Below are positions 49,129 to 63,329 of a stretch of 64,000 nt of DNA, in pieces. The notes under the pieces are model-generated. The model saw only the letters and a program-made list of their open reading frames with translations, ran no database searches and had not been told where the DNA came from. The translations under genes and the position numbers were made by a program. Numbering within the stretch: position 1 is the first letter of the stretch; each line of letters opens with the position of its first letter. The DNA comes from Octopus vulgaris (taxonomy: Eukaryota). The stretch is from contig OX597818.1 in assembly GCA_951406725.2 (NCBI GenBank), forward strand, positions 37,262,001 through 37,326,000, given 5' to 3'.

Positions 49129-49497
49129 GGCCTCGTGCCGGTGGCACGTAAAAAGCACCATCCGATCGTGGCCGTTGCCAGTCTCGCCTGGCCCCCATGC
49201 CGGTGGCATGTAAAAAGCACCATCCGATCGTGGCCGTTGCCAGTCTCGCCTGGCCCCCATGCCGGTGGCATGTAAAAAGCATCATCCGATCGTGGCTGTT
49301 TGCCAGCCTCGTCTGGCACATAAAAAGCACCCACTACACTCACGGAGTGGTTGGCGTTAGGAAGGGCATCCAGCCGTAGAAACATTGCCAGATCAGACTG
49401 GGCCCGGTGCAGCCTTCTGGCTTCCCAGACCCCAGTTGAACCGTCCAACCCATGCTAGCATGGAAAGCGGACGCTAAACGATGATGATGATGATGAC
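49129..49497 (+). mobile_element. SINE family C, young copy with an internal 62-bp tandem repeat (x3) and (GAT)n tail
   Basis: Units start at 49137, 49199 and 49261 (gccggtggca(c/t)gtaaaaagcaccatccgatcgtggccgttgccagtctcgcctggcccccat). 3' end is ...ccaacccatgctagcatggaaagcggacgctaaacgatgatgatg. Confidence 0.9.
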
Positions 49498-51932
49498 ACA
49501 GGATGTCACAGTAGCTTCATCTGTCATCTAGGAGAGTGCTAGTAGAGAATAAACTAGTTTCGATATTTGCTCTCATTTCACTTCACATTCATTCATTTTG
49601 AGTCCAGGAGTGAAGAACTATAAAACTTAACTGACTTAATTCAGTTTTAGCAGTCAGCTCTAATGTTAAGCATTTTTGAAATAAAACTTAAAATTATAAG
49701 GCTTCCTCTATAATTTCATCCTATGTGCTGAAAATGGAAATCAAATACATTTAATTCACTGTGAAAAGTTTCAGGCTCACTAAGAGTGAGTTTTGTTACT
49801 TGCTGAAATGTCTACAATATTTACATTTTATTTTTTTCATTTTCAATGAGCATTGTTTTGGTTCTTGATGTGTTTGTGTCTCATATCATTTATGCAAACA
49901 TGTCCCGACTCAATATGCACTTAGTAAACTTCGTTCTGTCGGCATCGTTACACTTTTACGTCATGTTGCTTTATTTTACTTGCACTTTTCCCCACCGACA
50001 AGCATTGCCTATTGAAAACGATGTTTTAAGCATGGCAATATTTATTTTCATCTTGACTAGCAACTTTTCATTTGCACTGAGTTCGGGAGAAGATAACAGC
50101 TAAGAATTATGTGTGTGTACAAAAGAGATCTTTTATAGATGTGATAAAATAGAAAATATGAACTGAATGAAATAATAATGAAATACTCAATTCTATAGAC
50201 AACACTCTAGCGTAGATGTAGAATGAATCAGAGATGCAGATTGATATGTGGGAGATAAGAAAAAATTAGGGAAAATTATGAATGAGCTAATTTTTAAACA
50301 TTGGTTGTTGAATAGTGATAATAGTTTTGATAATAATGAAAATTGGTATCAGGCTAGACAAAAGTACAAAAAATAATCTACTTTGTAAAATGATGAATTT
50401 GGTGGGATACTGCAGCTATAAAATTGGCATAAAAACGTTTAAGGAGCTGCTTTATCTTAGATTTAATTGGTCTTCAGATATGAATTATTAACTACAAATT
50501 TTCTCTGGCATGTTCACTTTTGTCAATATTAAGAATATTAGGCTATTATATTTTGGCTTTTAATGCTCATCCAAATTAGTGGGTTTTTTTATTTTTCTTT
50601 CTTTTTTTGTTTGTTTTGTTTTTTGCTTTAATGACACAAAATAAAACAAATGTTTCACAAGTTGCCCATAAAGAGAACTTCCTCGGATAAGGAAGACTAT
50701 TGTATAATTAATTAGTCTGACTGCCAGCAGTGTCTTCTGTGAGTCACTACATCATTGTGATTCTCCACCAGTCTTCCAATTGCATTGTTCTCATATCAGT
50801 ACTGCTACTCAACTGGTTTGATTTATTTCGTAGCATGCCATTTGTGAGGTTTTACTGCCGATGGTAGGACCGATCAGATGACCAAACTAATAAGTCTTCA
50901 GTCATCCGAATCAAGTGCAGGCAATTTGCTGTGACTTGGAGCAACATGCTTTAAATGTATATACATCCATTTACTTAGCTGTCAGAAATGATACCAGATT
51001 TACTGGGGCTATTATCTAATAATACTATCACTTTGAAGTGACACTGTCACTATACAACAGTAGTATCACTATATTAAGGCAGTACCATCATTAAATATCT
51101 TATTTCACTAATTACTAATTATTTGATATATATGCCTATCAAATTATTTTGCAGGGTTTCAATGCCATAAGGAAAAAATCAAGTCATAAAAATGTAAATA
51201 TTATTAATTATATAACTTGCTTGGATGAAAGAAATTATACATGCACTGCAGTATAATTAAAACTGCTATAGTATTCCTTAACCGGCTGAAGGAATACTTT
51301 GAGGTATTCCTAAACTGGTTGAAGAAACGAGTGATAGACAAAAAGATGCTGTTCTTAATTGCTTTAAATATATCATTCAAGCCAAAGAAATTCAGTTGTT
51401 TATTGGTTCCCCAAAGAGTTGTAGCTGGTCAAGTATCCCATCTCCAGCATTATAGCTCCTAATTGTCCAATGTAATTAACACTAAATAAGTACCATGGGG
51501 AAATACAGTTCATCACTTTAAGTAGCATAGACACTTTATGATTAATAAGTATTTCATTAGCTTGAAATAGAGTTCAGAACCTAGAATGAGCAATGGGAAA
51601 GCACTCCAGTATATTATTGTGCTTAGGATTGCTAGCAGATCAATCTTCTTGTACTGCTTTCAACACCAGTATACAATAAAATGTCAAAATTGAAATATTT
51701 TAATATGATATTACCTATATGTGGAATTCTATTTTCTTTACATATGTTTTTAGTTTATTATTTATTTTTTTGTTATATATATTTAAAGAAAATATATTAA
51801 CAGCTTCAATTTTGGGTAAAACAACATACTTAGAATAACTACACAACTTCATATGTGCAGGACATTAATATACTGGTTGGTGGTGCTGTGAATCTCTCCA
51901 AACCATGAAGCATTATTAAAATGAAGACAATG

Positions 51933-52024
51933 TTCTGTTGATCAAATACTGTGTATCTTGCAATAATTCAAAAAATTCTGTTTGTCAAATACTGTGTATC
52001 TGATACAATAATTCAAAAAATTCT
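51933..52024. repeat. Local tandem duplication (about 44 bp x2)
   Basis: tcaaatactgtgtatct...caataattcaaaaaattct occurs twice in succession. Confidence 0.9.
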
Positions 52025-52528
52025 AACCAGAAAAATCTTTTAGCTTCATAAAGATATTTTCTATTTTAGTAATAAGAACATGATGGATGTTTTTTTCCGC
52101 ATACTGAATTTGTTTTGCAAGAATTTTGAGTTAAAATTGTGCATTGAAAATAATAGTGTTATGAATTTTGCTGTATTTTGGAAAGAGTTTTATTATAGCC
52201 TATAAATACAACTGCTAATAGTGATTCACTTTTGCCATATAGGGCTTTAATAGGATTCTTTCAAAATTTATGTTGATAAGTACATATTTTGATATCAACT
52301 TTTCGAAATTTCAAATTGTAACAGTTTTTTTTTATTATTATTAATCAACAAAGATTACAGAGTGACTCAGTGGCTAAGCGTTTCATACAATGGCACTTAT
52401 CAAATATATATACTTATGTTTTGAGTCCTATTTTCCTGTTTGTATCGCCAAACCTAGATGTAAAAGTTATTTAGATCTTTTTGCTAATTTCTTCATTTTT
52501 CCTCGTTAATGGAGATGAGAGAATTTAA

Positions 52529-53017
52529 CTCTTTCATTACCATATTTATTTTGAGATGCTCTGTGTTTCTTTCAATTAATTTTAATTATAACAAAGAAGT
52601 TATGAAATAACTTAGTTGTCATTGGAGGCGTGTGGCTTAGTGGTTAGGGTGTTGAACTCATGATCGTAAAGTTGTAGTTTCGATTCCTAGACCGGGCGAT
52701 ACGTTGTGTTCTTGAGCAAAACACTTCATTTTCAGTTCACTCAGCTGGCAAAAATGAGTAATCCTGCAACGGACCAGCATCCTGTCCAGGTGGGGAATTT
52801 CTACACCACTGAAACCGGGAAACTGGCCCTTATGAGCCTGGTATGGCTCGAGAAGGAACTTTTATATATATATATATTTTTAGTTGTCATTAAGCTAGTG
52901 TTAAGAACATAAATTATGACTAAGGTTTGGTGGAAGGTTTTAATTCAAGACTTTTGAAAACAAGACATTTGTACTACAGAGCCAGAGGCGGTTTCAGCCG
53001 GGTTGGTATCGAAAGGG
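52529..53017. mobile_element. piggyBac-type MITE (second family) interrupted by a SINE
   Basis: TTAA at 52525-52528 and 53018-53021. Ends ctctttcattacca / tggtatcgaaaggg. A related right end lies at about 26100-26141. Confidence 0.8.
52624..52879 (+). mobile_element. SINE family D inserted in the MITE
   Basis: Head ggaggcgtgtggcttagtggttaggg. 12-bp TSD ttagttgtcatt (52612-52623 / 52880-52891). Confidence 0.9.
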
Positions 53018-54656
53018 TTAACCTAAAATAGTTTTGGGAATGAAGTTCAGATAATTTCAGCAGTAGACTTAATCATTTTATACATTTTAGTCAGTGATCC
53101 AGTCTCTACTCAATGAACACCAATGAGCAGTTCCTTTTTATTTTATTATATTATATTTTCCTGGACTGAATGTTGATTAAATAATGGGAACAAAATATAC
53201 AAGATCTTGCAACAGTTTTTAAGAAGTCAAAAACCAGTTACATAAGCCTTTCTCTTCACTGATTGTTAAACAATGTTGTGACTCTTTAACTTGTTCTCTC
53301 TCTTACAACTGGACAGTCAATACTTTGACACTAATCTAAAATTAGTTGTGCACTATATGATCTTATATATTCATCATCATTGTTGTCATCAGTATTTCAT
53401 GTAATACTATTTTACCAAGTTCCATTTAATATCAGTTACAGTACCTTCTGCTTATTTTTCATTTCAGTTTCAAAGGTCCTTGAATTTTGTATAGAATTTG
53501 GGAGTCATTGACGTTGTAAAAATGAATAAATAAAATACATGGGTGGGGGGAGCATGTGTGTGTGTAGGAGCAGACTTGGCAGAGTGGTGTAGAAGTTTGC
53601 TTCAGAATCATCTAGTGCAGGTTCAGTTCCTCTGCATGTCACCTTGGGCAAGTGCTTTTGACTACAGCCCTGGGCTGACAAAGCCTTGTGAGAAAATATG
53701 GTAGACAGAAACTGAAAAGAAGTTATTGTGTGTGTGTGTGTAGTCATTAACCCCTGTGATTGCTTGTGCAAAAGTTGTGGTGGGTAGGGGTATCATTGTC
53801 AGTTTTCCTGTCAACAAACCCATTCACTTTTGTGCCTTCAAAGCTGTGTGAAACCAGATCCCTGATTTGAAAAAAAAACAAGAAAGGGCATCCTGCTATA
53901 AAACAATGCCTCAACATATTTCTCCAACCTATGCAAGCATGGAAAAACTGATGTAAAATAAACAAATCGTGTGTGCATGTGCATGCCTAGCTATGATATA
54001 TTACTGATCAATCCTGGAATTATATTCTGAACTCTATACAGATAGCTTGTCTAATGGTGAAGACAGTTACTGTTCTGTTTAAAATAAGTTAAAAACTTTC
54101 ATATTTTTTTTTAAGATTGATTTTTTTTTTTTTTCAAATTTTTATTTTAATAAGGGAGGATAATTACTTTTAACATGGATGTATAATCTTTGCCTGCCTT
54201 GAGCTGATGTTAATTGATAAAGAAATATTTTTTTATTAATTAAATTAGACAAGTATTTTTAGTTATGTCAGATATTCTACTGCTGTTGCTGCAAACTACT
54301 ATTTTTGGTTTTCTGTTAGGGTTGTACAGTTCTACTGCTGTTATATACTGCTATTTGTGGCTCTCTTCTGCATGCCCCACCCCAAATATCTATTTTAGTT
54401 TCTGCTAGCATCATCTGTACACAGGAGCCAAGCTAGAAGGATAGATAAGCTTTTGACATGTTCCTTTAAAAGAATGTTAACCAGTGCCTTATTTGAAACT
54501 AATATTATGTAGATTTTTGTTATGAGTTATCTCCATAACTTTATGAACATTACCAAGCTTTTTTTAATATGTTAAGTACTTTATATTATCAAACAAAAAT
54601 TGTTTTAATTTATTAAATATCTATACACTTCATGATAGTTTTTTTGCTTCCTTTAA

Positions 54657-55230
54657 CCCTTTAGAATTTAGATTACTCTCTTTTACTCTTTTACTCTTTT
54701 ACTTGTTTCAGTCATTTGACTGCGGCCATGCTGGAGCACCACCTTTTTAGTACTTATTCTATCGGTCTCTTTTTTGCCGAACCGCTAAGTGACGGGGACG
54801 TAAACACACCAGCATCGGTTGTCAAGCAATGCTAGGGGGACAAACACAGACACACACACATATACATATATATACATATATACGACAGGCTTCTTTCAGT
54901 TTCCGTCTACCAAATCCACTCACAAGGCATTGGTCGGCCCGGGGCTATAGCAGAAGACACTTGCCCAAGATGCCACGCAGTGGGACTGAACCCGCAACCG
55001 TGTGGTTGGTTAGCAAGCTACTTACTGCACAGCCACTCCTGCGCCTATTTTTGTCAAATGTAATGCTTATTTATTCACATTGTTCTAAATCTATCATTCA
55101 TTATCTCATATCATGTTTGTATTTTTAGAATGGCATTGTTGGGTACATGTGAGAGGCCAGGTCTGTCTGGTCTGAACATAAAACAACTAGAATATTTGGG
55201 CCAGAAATAACTGGTATGAATGCCATTGGG
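54657..55230. mobile_element. piggyBac-type MITE (same family as 2868-3087) split by a family A SINE at about 54675-55045 (minus)
   Basis: TTAA at 54653-54656 and 55231-55234. Shares aaatgtaatg..., ttttagaatg(a/g)cattgt and tgaacataaaaca with 2868-3087. Confidence 0.85.
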
Positions 55231-56460
55231 TTAAACAATTTAATTTCTGTGAGAGATTTTGCTTCAAGACTTTTAATAATCTATATTTACAAATCTGTAG
55301 GTTTAAACTATAAACATTAATAATTGCTGATTAGTTGTTGATTCTCTCACCACAGTTAATCTATTTTTGTTACCAAAATTTCAGGTAATTTTTAATGTGG
55401 ATATTTCATTGTTTCTTTGCTTCTTAATTTATGGCATTACTTTATGGTTATAATTACTATAGTCTTACTCAGTGTATAGGTATGGTCAGTTATTTGTTTC
55501 TGCTAATTGAAGAATTACTTTTGTTGTTAATAAAAATAGACATTTAAATCAGTTCACCAGTCTACTTTATTATCATCGTCATCATCACTTCCACTTTTCC
55601 ATGCTTATATGTGTCAGATGGAGTTTATCAAGATAGATTTTCTATGGCTGTTGCTACCCCCTTACCTGTTTCCATGCACAGTAATATTTACCCCATGGCC
55701 AGACATATTATTGCAGAACAGTGGAAATTAATGTCATTCATTTACAACAATCACATGATGTCAAGACAAGGAAACACACACACACAAATATGATAGGGTT
55801 CTTTCAGTTTCCATCTACCACATCTATTCGCAAGACTTCAGTCAGCCCAGAGCTTATAGTAGAAGGCTCTTCCCCAAGGTGTCAAACTTCTTAACCACAC
55901 GTCCATGTCTGCACTTATTAACATATACATCCATTTTATTTTTACGTTTAACGAGTACTTATATTTTGTTAAACTTTATAATAAATATCAGTTTAATGAA
56001 CTTGCAAGTGGTTTGTTAACTGAGATTGTGGCTATTAATACTGCTACTAAGTTAGAACTATACATCTATAATTAGAATCTGCTGCTAAAATTGGAACCTT
56101 GTAATTAAGATATTAATGTTGGAGATTATTAGTCAACTTTTTTGGTTCATTCATTTTCAAATAAGACAAATAGAATTATTACACAATTATTTTTACCTTC
56201 TGTAAAATGGTTTTAATTTGTTTATATCATATGTTTTTATTTGGATGTATGAAACATTCATCGACCAGTGATGAATTTCTGAATTTATATTTTATATTTT
56301 TATGAAGTCTTTTATGATTTGTTACTTCAAATTAAAACTTCAAAGATTATTTAACTACAGGCGAATGAAATTCTGACATAAGCTAATGCATATTTATATC
56401 CAAAACTATTGTGCTGTAGTTAAAAATAATGAAAGTTATGACACTCAAATCGTAAGAACT

Positions 56461-56658
56461 ACCATATTAATGGCACATACAAAGCACTTTTTTTGCTGGA
56501 AAAAAAAGTGCTTGAAAAAATCATCTTAGGCCCTATATACAAAATTTAACCTCCCATAAGCTAATTTTGAGCTTGACACTCACTTTTTCCTAAATATACA
56601 CTGCTGAGCTTAGGGTGCATCTAATATACCTGTGCGTCGGTTATTCCATCAAATGCAG
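56461..56658. mobile_element. Degenerate Tc1/pogo(Tigger)-like MITE
   Basis: Imperfect ends taccatattaatggcacatacaaagcac / gtgcgtcggttattccatcaaatgcagta. Similar design to 60852-61034. Confidence 0.45.
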
Positions 56659-56949
56659 TATAAAGTTATTGACAATACCAATTGTTAAACTATGACGGTA
56701 TTGACTGTTACCTGCAGGTGCAGTCTAAGGGAAATCATTCTGGTTACTTGCATTTGTTACTGTAGATATTCTTATACATTTTCTCCATTATTAAACTTGG
56801 TCTTCTTTCGTTTTCTTAATAATGAAGGAAGTAATAAATACTTTTTTATTCTAGGCTTCTTTCATTTTGTCTTCTATTAAATATCCATCAGTTAATTAAC
56901 TTTAATTATAATTTTCGGTAACTTAATTTATTTTTTTTCCATCTGTTAT

Positions 56950-57906
56950 GTTTTACTTGTTTCAATCATTGAGCTGTAGGCATGCTGGGGCACCACCTTC
57001 AAAAGTTTAGCTGAACAAATAGATCCCCAGTATTTATTCTAAAGTCTGGTACTTTTATCAGTTTCCTTTTCTGAACCACTAAGTTACAGGGATGTAAACA
57101 AAATAACACCACTTGTCAAGCAGTGGGTGAGACAAACACACCACACACACACATAATGGGTTTCTACACAGTTTCTGCCTACCAAATTCACTTACAAGAC
57201 ATTATTCAACCTGGGTTATAGTAGATGATACCTGTCCAAGGTACCATACAGTAAGACTAAACTAAAAAGCCATGTGGTTGAAAAGCAGACTTCTTAACCA
57301 GACGGCCATGCTTGTGCCTATGATATATTGTACAACAGCTCCGTTCATAGGGATTTAAAGTTGAAAAGTAGTGATTTTAGTAATTCTGAGATTTTTTTTT
57401 TTTTTTTTGCATTAAAAAATGAACATTAGATTCGATAGTGAAATTTAGATATATTCTAATTTAAAATTTATTCTAATTTACTGTATTTGGAAAGCATTAA
57501 GTTGGGAAAGACGAGTTCAAAATTACATCTGTCGGCTTATTGGTGAAACTTTTTAAATAAATAGGCATAGCCTTGTGGTTAAGAAGTTTGCTTCACAACC
57601 ATGTGATTTAAGGTTTGATCATACCACATTACACCTTGAGTAAATGTCTTTTACTGGAGCCTTAAATTAACCAGTACCTTCTGAATGAATGTTGTAAGCA
57701 GAAACTGTGAGGAAGCCTGTCATGTGTGTACTGGTGTAAACCCTTGCATTGAGTTATGTTAGTTTCCCACCATAAAGGTACATCATAAGTATTTGATAGA
57801 GGTCAGTAAAATAAGTATGAGGATCGATAAAATAGACACTTGTTAAAACCTTGAAGGTGCTACCCCAACATGATCACAGCCCAATGTCTGAAATCAGTAA
57901 AAGAGT
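56950..57906. mobile_element. Two diverged family A SINEs head-to-head (56950-57318 minus; 57563-57906 plus)
   Basis: cttcttaaccagacggccatgcttgtgccta versus taggcatagccttgtggttaagaag. Further plus copies at about 53568-53745 and 58575-58905. Confidence 0.75.
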
Positions 57907-57985
57907 AGGGAAATATCCAAGAAAAACACTGACCAAAGAGCAACAATTAATGCATTACATCAGTAAATTTAAATTGCATCATGGC

Positions 57986-58190
57986 TGTCATCATCATCAT
58001 TATCATCGTTTAACGTCCGTTTTCCATGCTAGCATGGATTGGACGGTTCGACCAGGGTCTGGGTAGCCAGGAGGCTGCACCAGGCTCCAGTCTGATCTGG
58101 CAGTGTTTCTACAGCTGGATGCCTTTCCTAATGACAACCACTCCATGAGTGTAGTGGGTGCTTTTTACGTGCCACCAGCACAGGTGCCAG
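57986..58190 (-). mobile_element. SINE family C (another copy at about 60050-60260)
   Basis: tcatcatcattatcatcgtttaacgtccgttttccatgctagcatggattggacgg...ggtgctttttacgtgccacc. Confidence 0.85.
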
Positions 58191-59058
58191 GGGAATTCTT
58201 CAACTCCTTCCTTTTTAGAATACGGTGCTCCAGCATGACTGCAGCTTTACAACTGAAACATTTTAAAATAGTTAAAGTTGCTTACACTTGTTTAAAATGT
58301 GGCAGTATTCTAGCTTTTTTTTTTTTATTTTACTTCAGAACCCAAACTAAACATCTGTTTTTTTAATATTCACTCAATGAATTCTATTTTCATATATCAA
58401 GATCCAGTTTTTATTTAATTTCCAGTAAAATCTACCAAAATAAGTGAATTGAATGATAGTATGTGTGTGTATATATATATATATATATATACAGAGAGAG
58501 AGAGAGAGTGTGTGTGTGTTTGTGTTTGAAGTGGTGTACAGATATTGTATATCAAGACTGCCTACTTTTCTTAATATAGCCATGTGGTAAGAAGCTTGCT
58601 TCCCAACCACATGGTTCTGAGTTCAGTCCCACTGTATGGCACCTTGGGCAAGTGTCTTCTATTTTAGCCTCGGGTAGAAGGAAACTAGAAGAAGCCTATT
58701 GTATACATATATATGTATGTATATATTTGTGTGTGTATGTCTGTGTCTATGTCCCCGTAATTTAACGGAAGCATATGGTTGGGAAGCAAGTTTCTTATCT
58801 CACAGCCAGGCTTACAAAAAATAAGTCCTGGGAGTCGATTTGTTCTTCTAAAGACAGTGCTCCGGCATGGCCATAGTCAAATGAAACAACTAAAAGAATA
58901 AAGAATACACACATATATAATTTCTCTCTCTTATAAATTGTCATATTTGTGATATTTTTGTATTTCTTAAATACAGATTCAAAGAAAGTTTGTAACCTGT
59001 GTGTTTGCATTCTCACATACATACGTACAAGCACAGGTATATTGGTGCAAACAGGTAA

Positions 59059-59502
<444 letters not shown>

Positions 59503-60851
59503 TAATCCTTTACTTTTGTTGTTTTTTGTTTTGTTTTTCTTTTGCTGTGAATGATGAATTGAATCAACACCAGTGATGATGTTAAAATGTCTTGTTATTA
59601 TCACGCGAAAGGAAAATACAGATGTTAGGAGTTTATAACTCAGTTGTATAACTGTATGGTAGTATTCGACTCCATTTTCTCGGTTGATGAATTTAACTTT
59701 GTACAAAATATGAAATAATGTACGTGAATGGGATGAACCATTAAAATGTCGGAGAAATTACCTTGCAGTATTTGTTCTGGTTCCTTATGTTCTAAGTCCA
59801 ATTTCTTTCGAGGCCATCTTTGCCTTTCACCCTTCCAAAGTTGATAGAATAAAGTGCTAATTAAATAACAGGGTCAATGTAATCAACTGTTCTCCTCCCC
59901 TCAAAATCAAAATTATTTCAAAATTGTTAGCCTTGCTTAAATTAGAAACAATTATTGTTTTTACTATTTCCTTTTGTAAAGAGTCTTTACAGAAAACATT
60001 AAATCTAAGAATCAAATCACCTCTGTTGTTCAATCCAGAGTTGTCGTCACTATCCTTTAATGTCCATTTTCCACACGGGCATGGGTTGGACACTTTGAGC
60101 AGAGGTGGCGAGCTGGGGAGCTGCACTAGGTTCCAGTCTGATTTGGCTTAGTTTCTATGGTTGGACGCTCTTTCTAATGCCAATCACTTTACAGTGTGTG
60201 CTAGATGCTTTTTACGTGGCATTGGCACAAGTGCATTTTTATGTGGAACCAGCACAGGACTCTTGCAGGCCAATCCTCTTTGCTAGGAGATGTGGCCTTA
60301 AGACTTCTGGTGTGGGATATGGTTAATCAACATTTAATTTAATCAATAACTTTGTTATTTTCGAAATACAGCAACATGTATATTACACTGCTGTTGTTAT
60401 CAATATGATGAATGGGGTAAATTGACAGAATGGTTAGAATACCAGACAAAATTCCTTGCAGTGTTTGCTCTGGCTCTTCACATTCTGATTCCACACACCA
60501 CCAGGATCATCTTTGCCATTCATCCATGAAGGATTAAAGGATTGATAAAATATAAGTGCCACTCAAATAGCAAGGTAAATCTAAAATTTCTGGCTTTGTG
60601 CCTCAGACATTATTATTAATATGGTATGGAAGGGCAGTGATGATAGACTAATGAATTCAATGCCTTACCAGATTTATTTAGTTCCATCTCTCTGAAATCT
60701 TACTGGGTTACATTTCACCTTTTCTCACTTTAGAATCAAAATAAAAAAAAGTACCAGGTTTGTACTAGCATTCACTAAAACCGACTGTACTCTTATCTTA
60801 CAAATTTGAGATGTTTTTATTTTGGGAACTAACATTTAGAACATTTATTAA

Positions 60852-61034
60852 CCATATTTACTCACACATAAGTTGCATTTTTTTATACTTTTAACTAAAA
60901 AAGAAAAAAACTGTGGTGTGACTTATACACAGGACAAAACTAAAATTATGTAGGGTAAAAATTTTGTACTATGACTTATCAGTAAATTAGTAAATTACTT
61001 ATACACGAGTGCAACTTATAGTGAGTAAATGCTG
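60852..61034. mobile_element. Tc1/pogo(Tigger)-like MITE
   Basis: TIRs ccatatttactcacacataagttgca / tgcaacttatagtgagtaaatgctg, followed by TA. Confidence 0.6.
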
Positions 61035-63329
61035 TAGTTAACCCTTCTTTTTTTCTTTTCATATATTAACTCAGTATTTTTCAGAAAATTACATAAGTTG
61101 TATAAGTATTGCGATAAAGATATTCTCATTTAGAGTAACTAATTAAAATATCTATTAATGGTTTCATAATTTACCACTTAACATGTATAATCTAATGCAT
61201 GCCACAGTTATTCTTTCTCAGGGTGGAGAAGAAAGCTTAATAGAAATCACTATGTCCTTTACCATACTGCATTATGTACCTAAGTGCGTCTAATGACACA
61301 AATTCTTATTAGAGCTTATACATTCCGTGTTCTAAATTTTAACCTACTTGTCTGGAATATGCAGTAGAACTAACTAGTTGGTCTGTATTACCTCAGATAG
61401 GAAATAGGAAATGAAAGATTTAAACAGCTGCAAAATATATCAGCTATGTGTGTGATTCAAGGGGAACAACTATTCTTTACACACAATCTCGTTTACTTAG
61501 GTTTTGCTATAATCTAAAAATATCTTTACTGAGGTTAATGATGGCCTTTGAAGAATTTGATTTTTAAAAAGAATTTTTATGTGTTTTATAACTTTTTATG
61601 ATTCATAATTATAATGGTGCTTGACTGAGTTCAATTGACCATGCTTCACCTGTTTTATTTTTTTGATATTTCTCGCAGTGAATTGTATCATAGAGATTGT
61701 AGTAAAGTTTAAAATGGAAATTAAATATGTTACGACTACTATTTTACCAAACTCACTCTACTAGAACTTACTTACCCTGGAAAATCACATATGATGTTTT
61801 GTATTCACATTATTTCAGTATTCACTAAATTTCCTTCATGGAAAAGTTTTTTAATAAATGACATATACTGATATTTATTGATAAGAAAATTTGCTTTATT
61901 ATTTTAGATTTTGTATCTCTAAATGTGTCATCCCCACCTTATCTATTGTTACTGATAATTACAGAATTAAGATAAAATCTGAACGTGAATACATTCTGTT
62001 TGATGATTTTTTCCCTCCTTAATAACAGCATTACTAGTAAAGAATGAGTTGATTTGTGAAATTTTTTTATTTAGTTATAGGTTTATTTTTATTTTCTAGT
62101 ATGAGAGGAATAAGTTTTTATATTTATTTACTAGATTGACAGTTTTTGTTGTTTTTTTTTTTTTATTACAGCTGAATGCCTTTCTTTATTTACTCACCTA
62201 TGAAATAGAAACTTACTCAAACTAGAAAACAGTTCTGTGACTTTCTCAAGGGAACAGTCAAATATAGTGCTTCCCAAACTGATAAATTCTAGCCCCACCC
62301 ACAAAAAAAAATTTGTTTGCCCCTACCCTATTTCTATTTATGAGTAAACAAAATATAGTTTATGTCTTTAAAATTTTTTCATTCTTCATCATGGTGTGAG
62401 CAAGTTTTAATACCAACTTAATTCTAATTGATATGACAATTTTTGTTTGCCCCTTTTTTAATTTTACCGCCCCTTTATAAGAAACACTGACTGACTTAAT
62501 AGGTGTAATAAGGTTTGAACTCATGACCATGTAATCAAAAGCTTGGTGGTAATTGTGTCGGAAATTCCTTGCTACTTGTTTAATACCTAATACTTAGAAT
62601 GTTTCTACATCGAAGAATATAACTTCTCTTTTAGAATTTTTACTCCCACCCAAAATATGACGGGCCATTCTTAACTTTTAACTTATTGACTGATTAAGTT
62701 TCAGTGATAGAGCATAAGAAAACTGAAAATTTATCAATGGTTCCATGGTTTCCAGATCTGAGCTGGAATCTTTTAAAGTTATCTTAGCTTTACAATCTTC
62801 CAGTTTCAAGTATTTGATTGCTTATCTTTATTATACTTGCTGGATCTAGAGGAAGAGGCTTTTGCAATACCTCGTGGGCTGGCAAGATTGATACTATTAA
62901 TTTTCCTCTTGAACCTTTGTGAGTCGACAGGTGTAAGGAAAATGTAACCAGGGTGTATGTGTGTATGCGTTCATGCATGCACACTCACACATTCTAAGAC
63001 ATTGATTAATGAAATCAATATGTTACCCTCTTTCATCTAACTATCAGAAGCTTTATTATCATAGGAAAGTAAAACAGAATTTTTATGCAGATAAGTTCTT
63101 TCAGTTATTGAAATATGTACCTACATATAACCTTACATACATTTTGAAACAATCATTTGAGCAAAGTTATATAGAATTCAATCAAAAAATAGGTACACTT
63201 TATGGAGAAAAAGAAACTCCTCTGAACAAAATTATATGCAATTCAATAAAAAAAAAAATGCAGGTTTTTAAGTTTAAGCAACAAGTATAAAAAATACAAA
63301 ATTACAAAAAAGCATCAATGGTTGACTAC

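Noticed and set aside
49137-49330. CRISPR-like regular repeats
   Set aside because: The units are contiguous with no unique spacers, lie inside a SINE in eukaryotic context, and there are no cas genes.
62265-62489. Possible hAT MITE (tagtgcttcccaa / taagaaacactg)
   Set aside because: The TIR match is short and imperfect, and no 8-bp TSD is visible.
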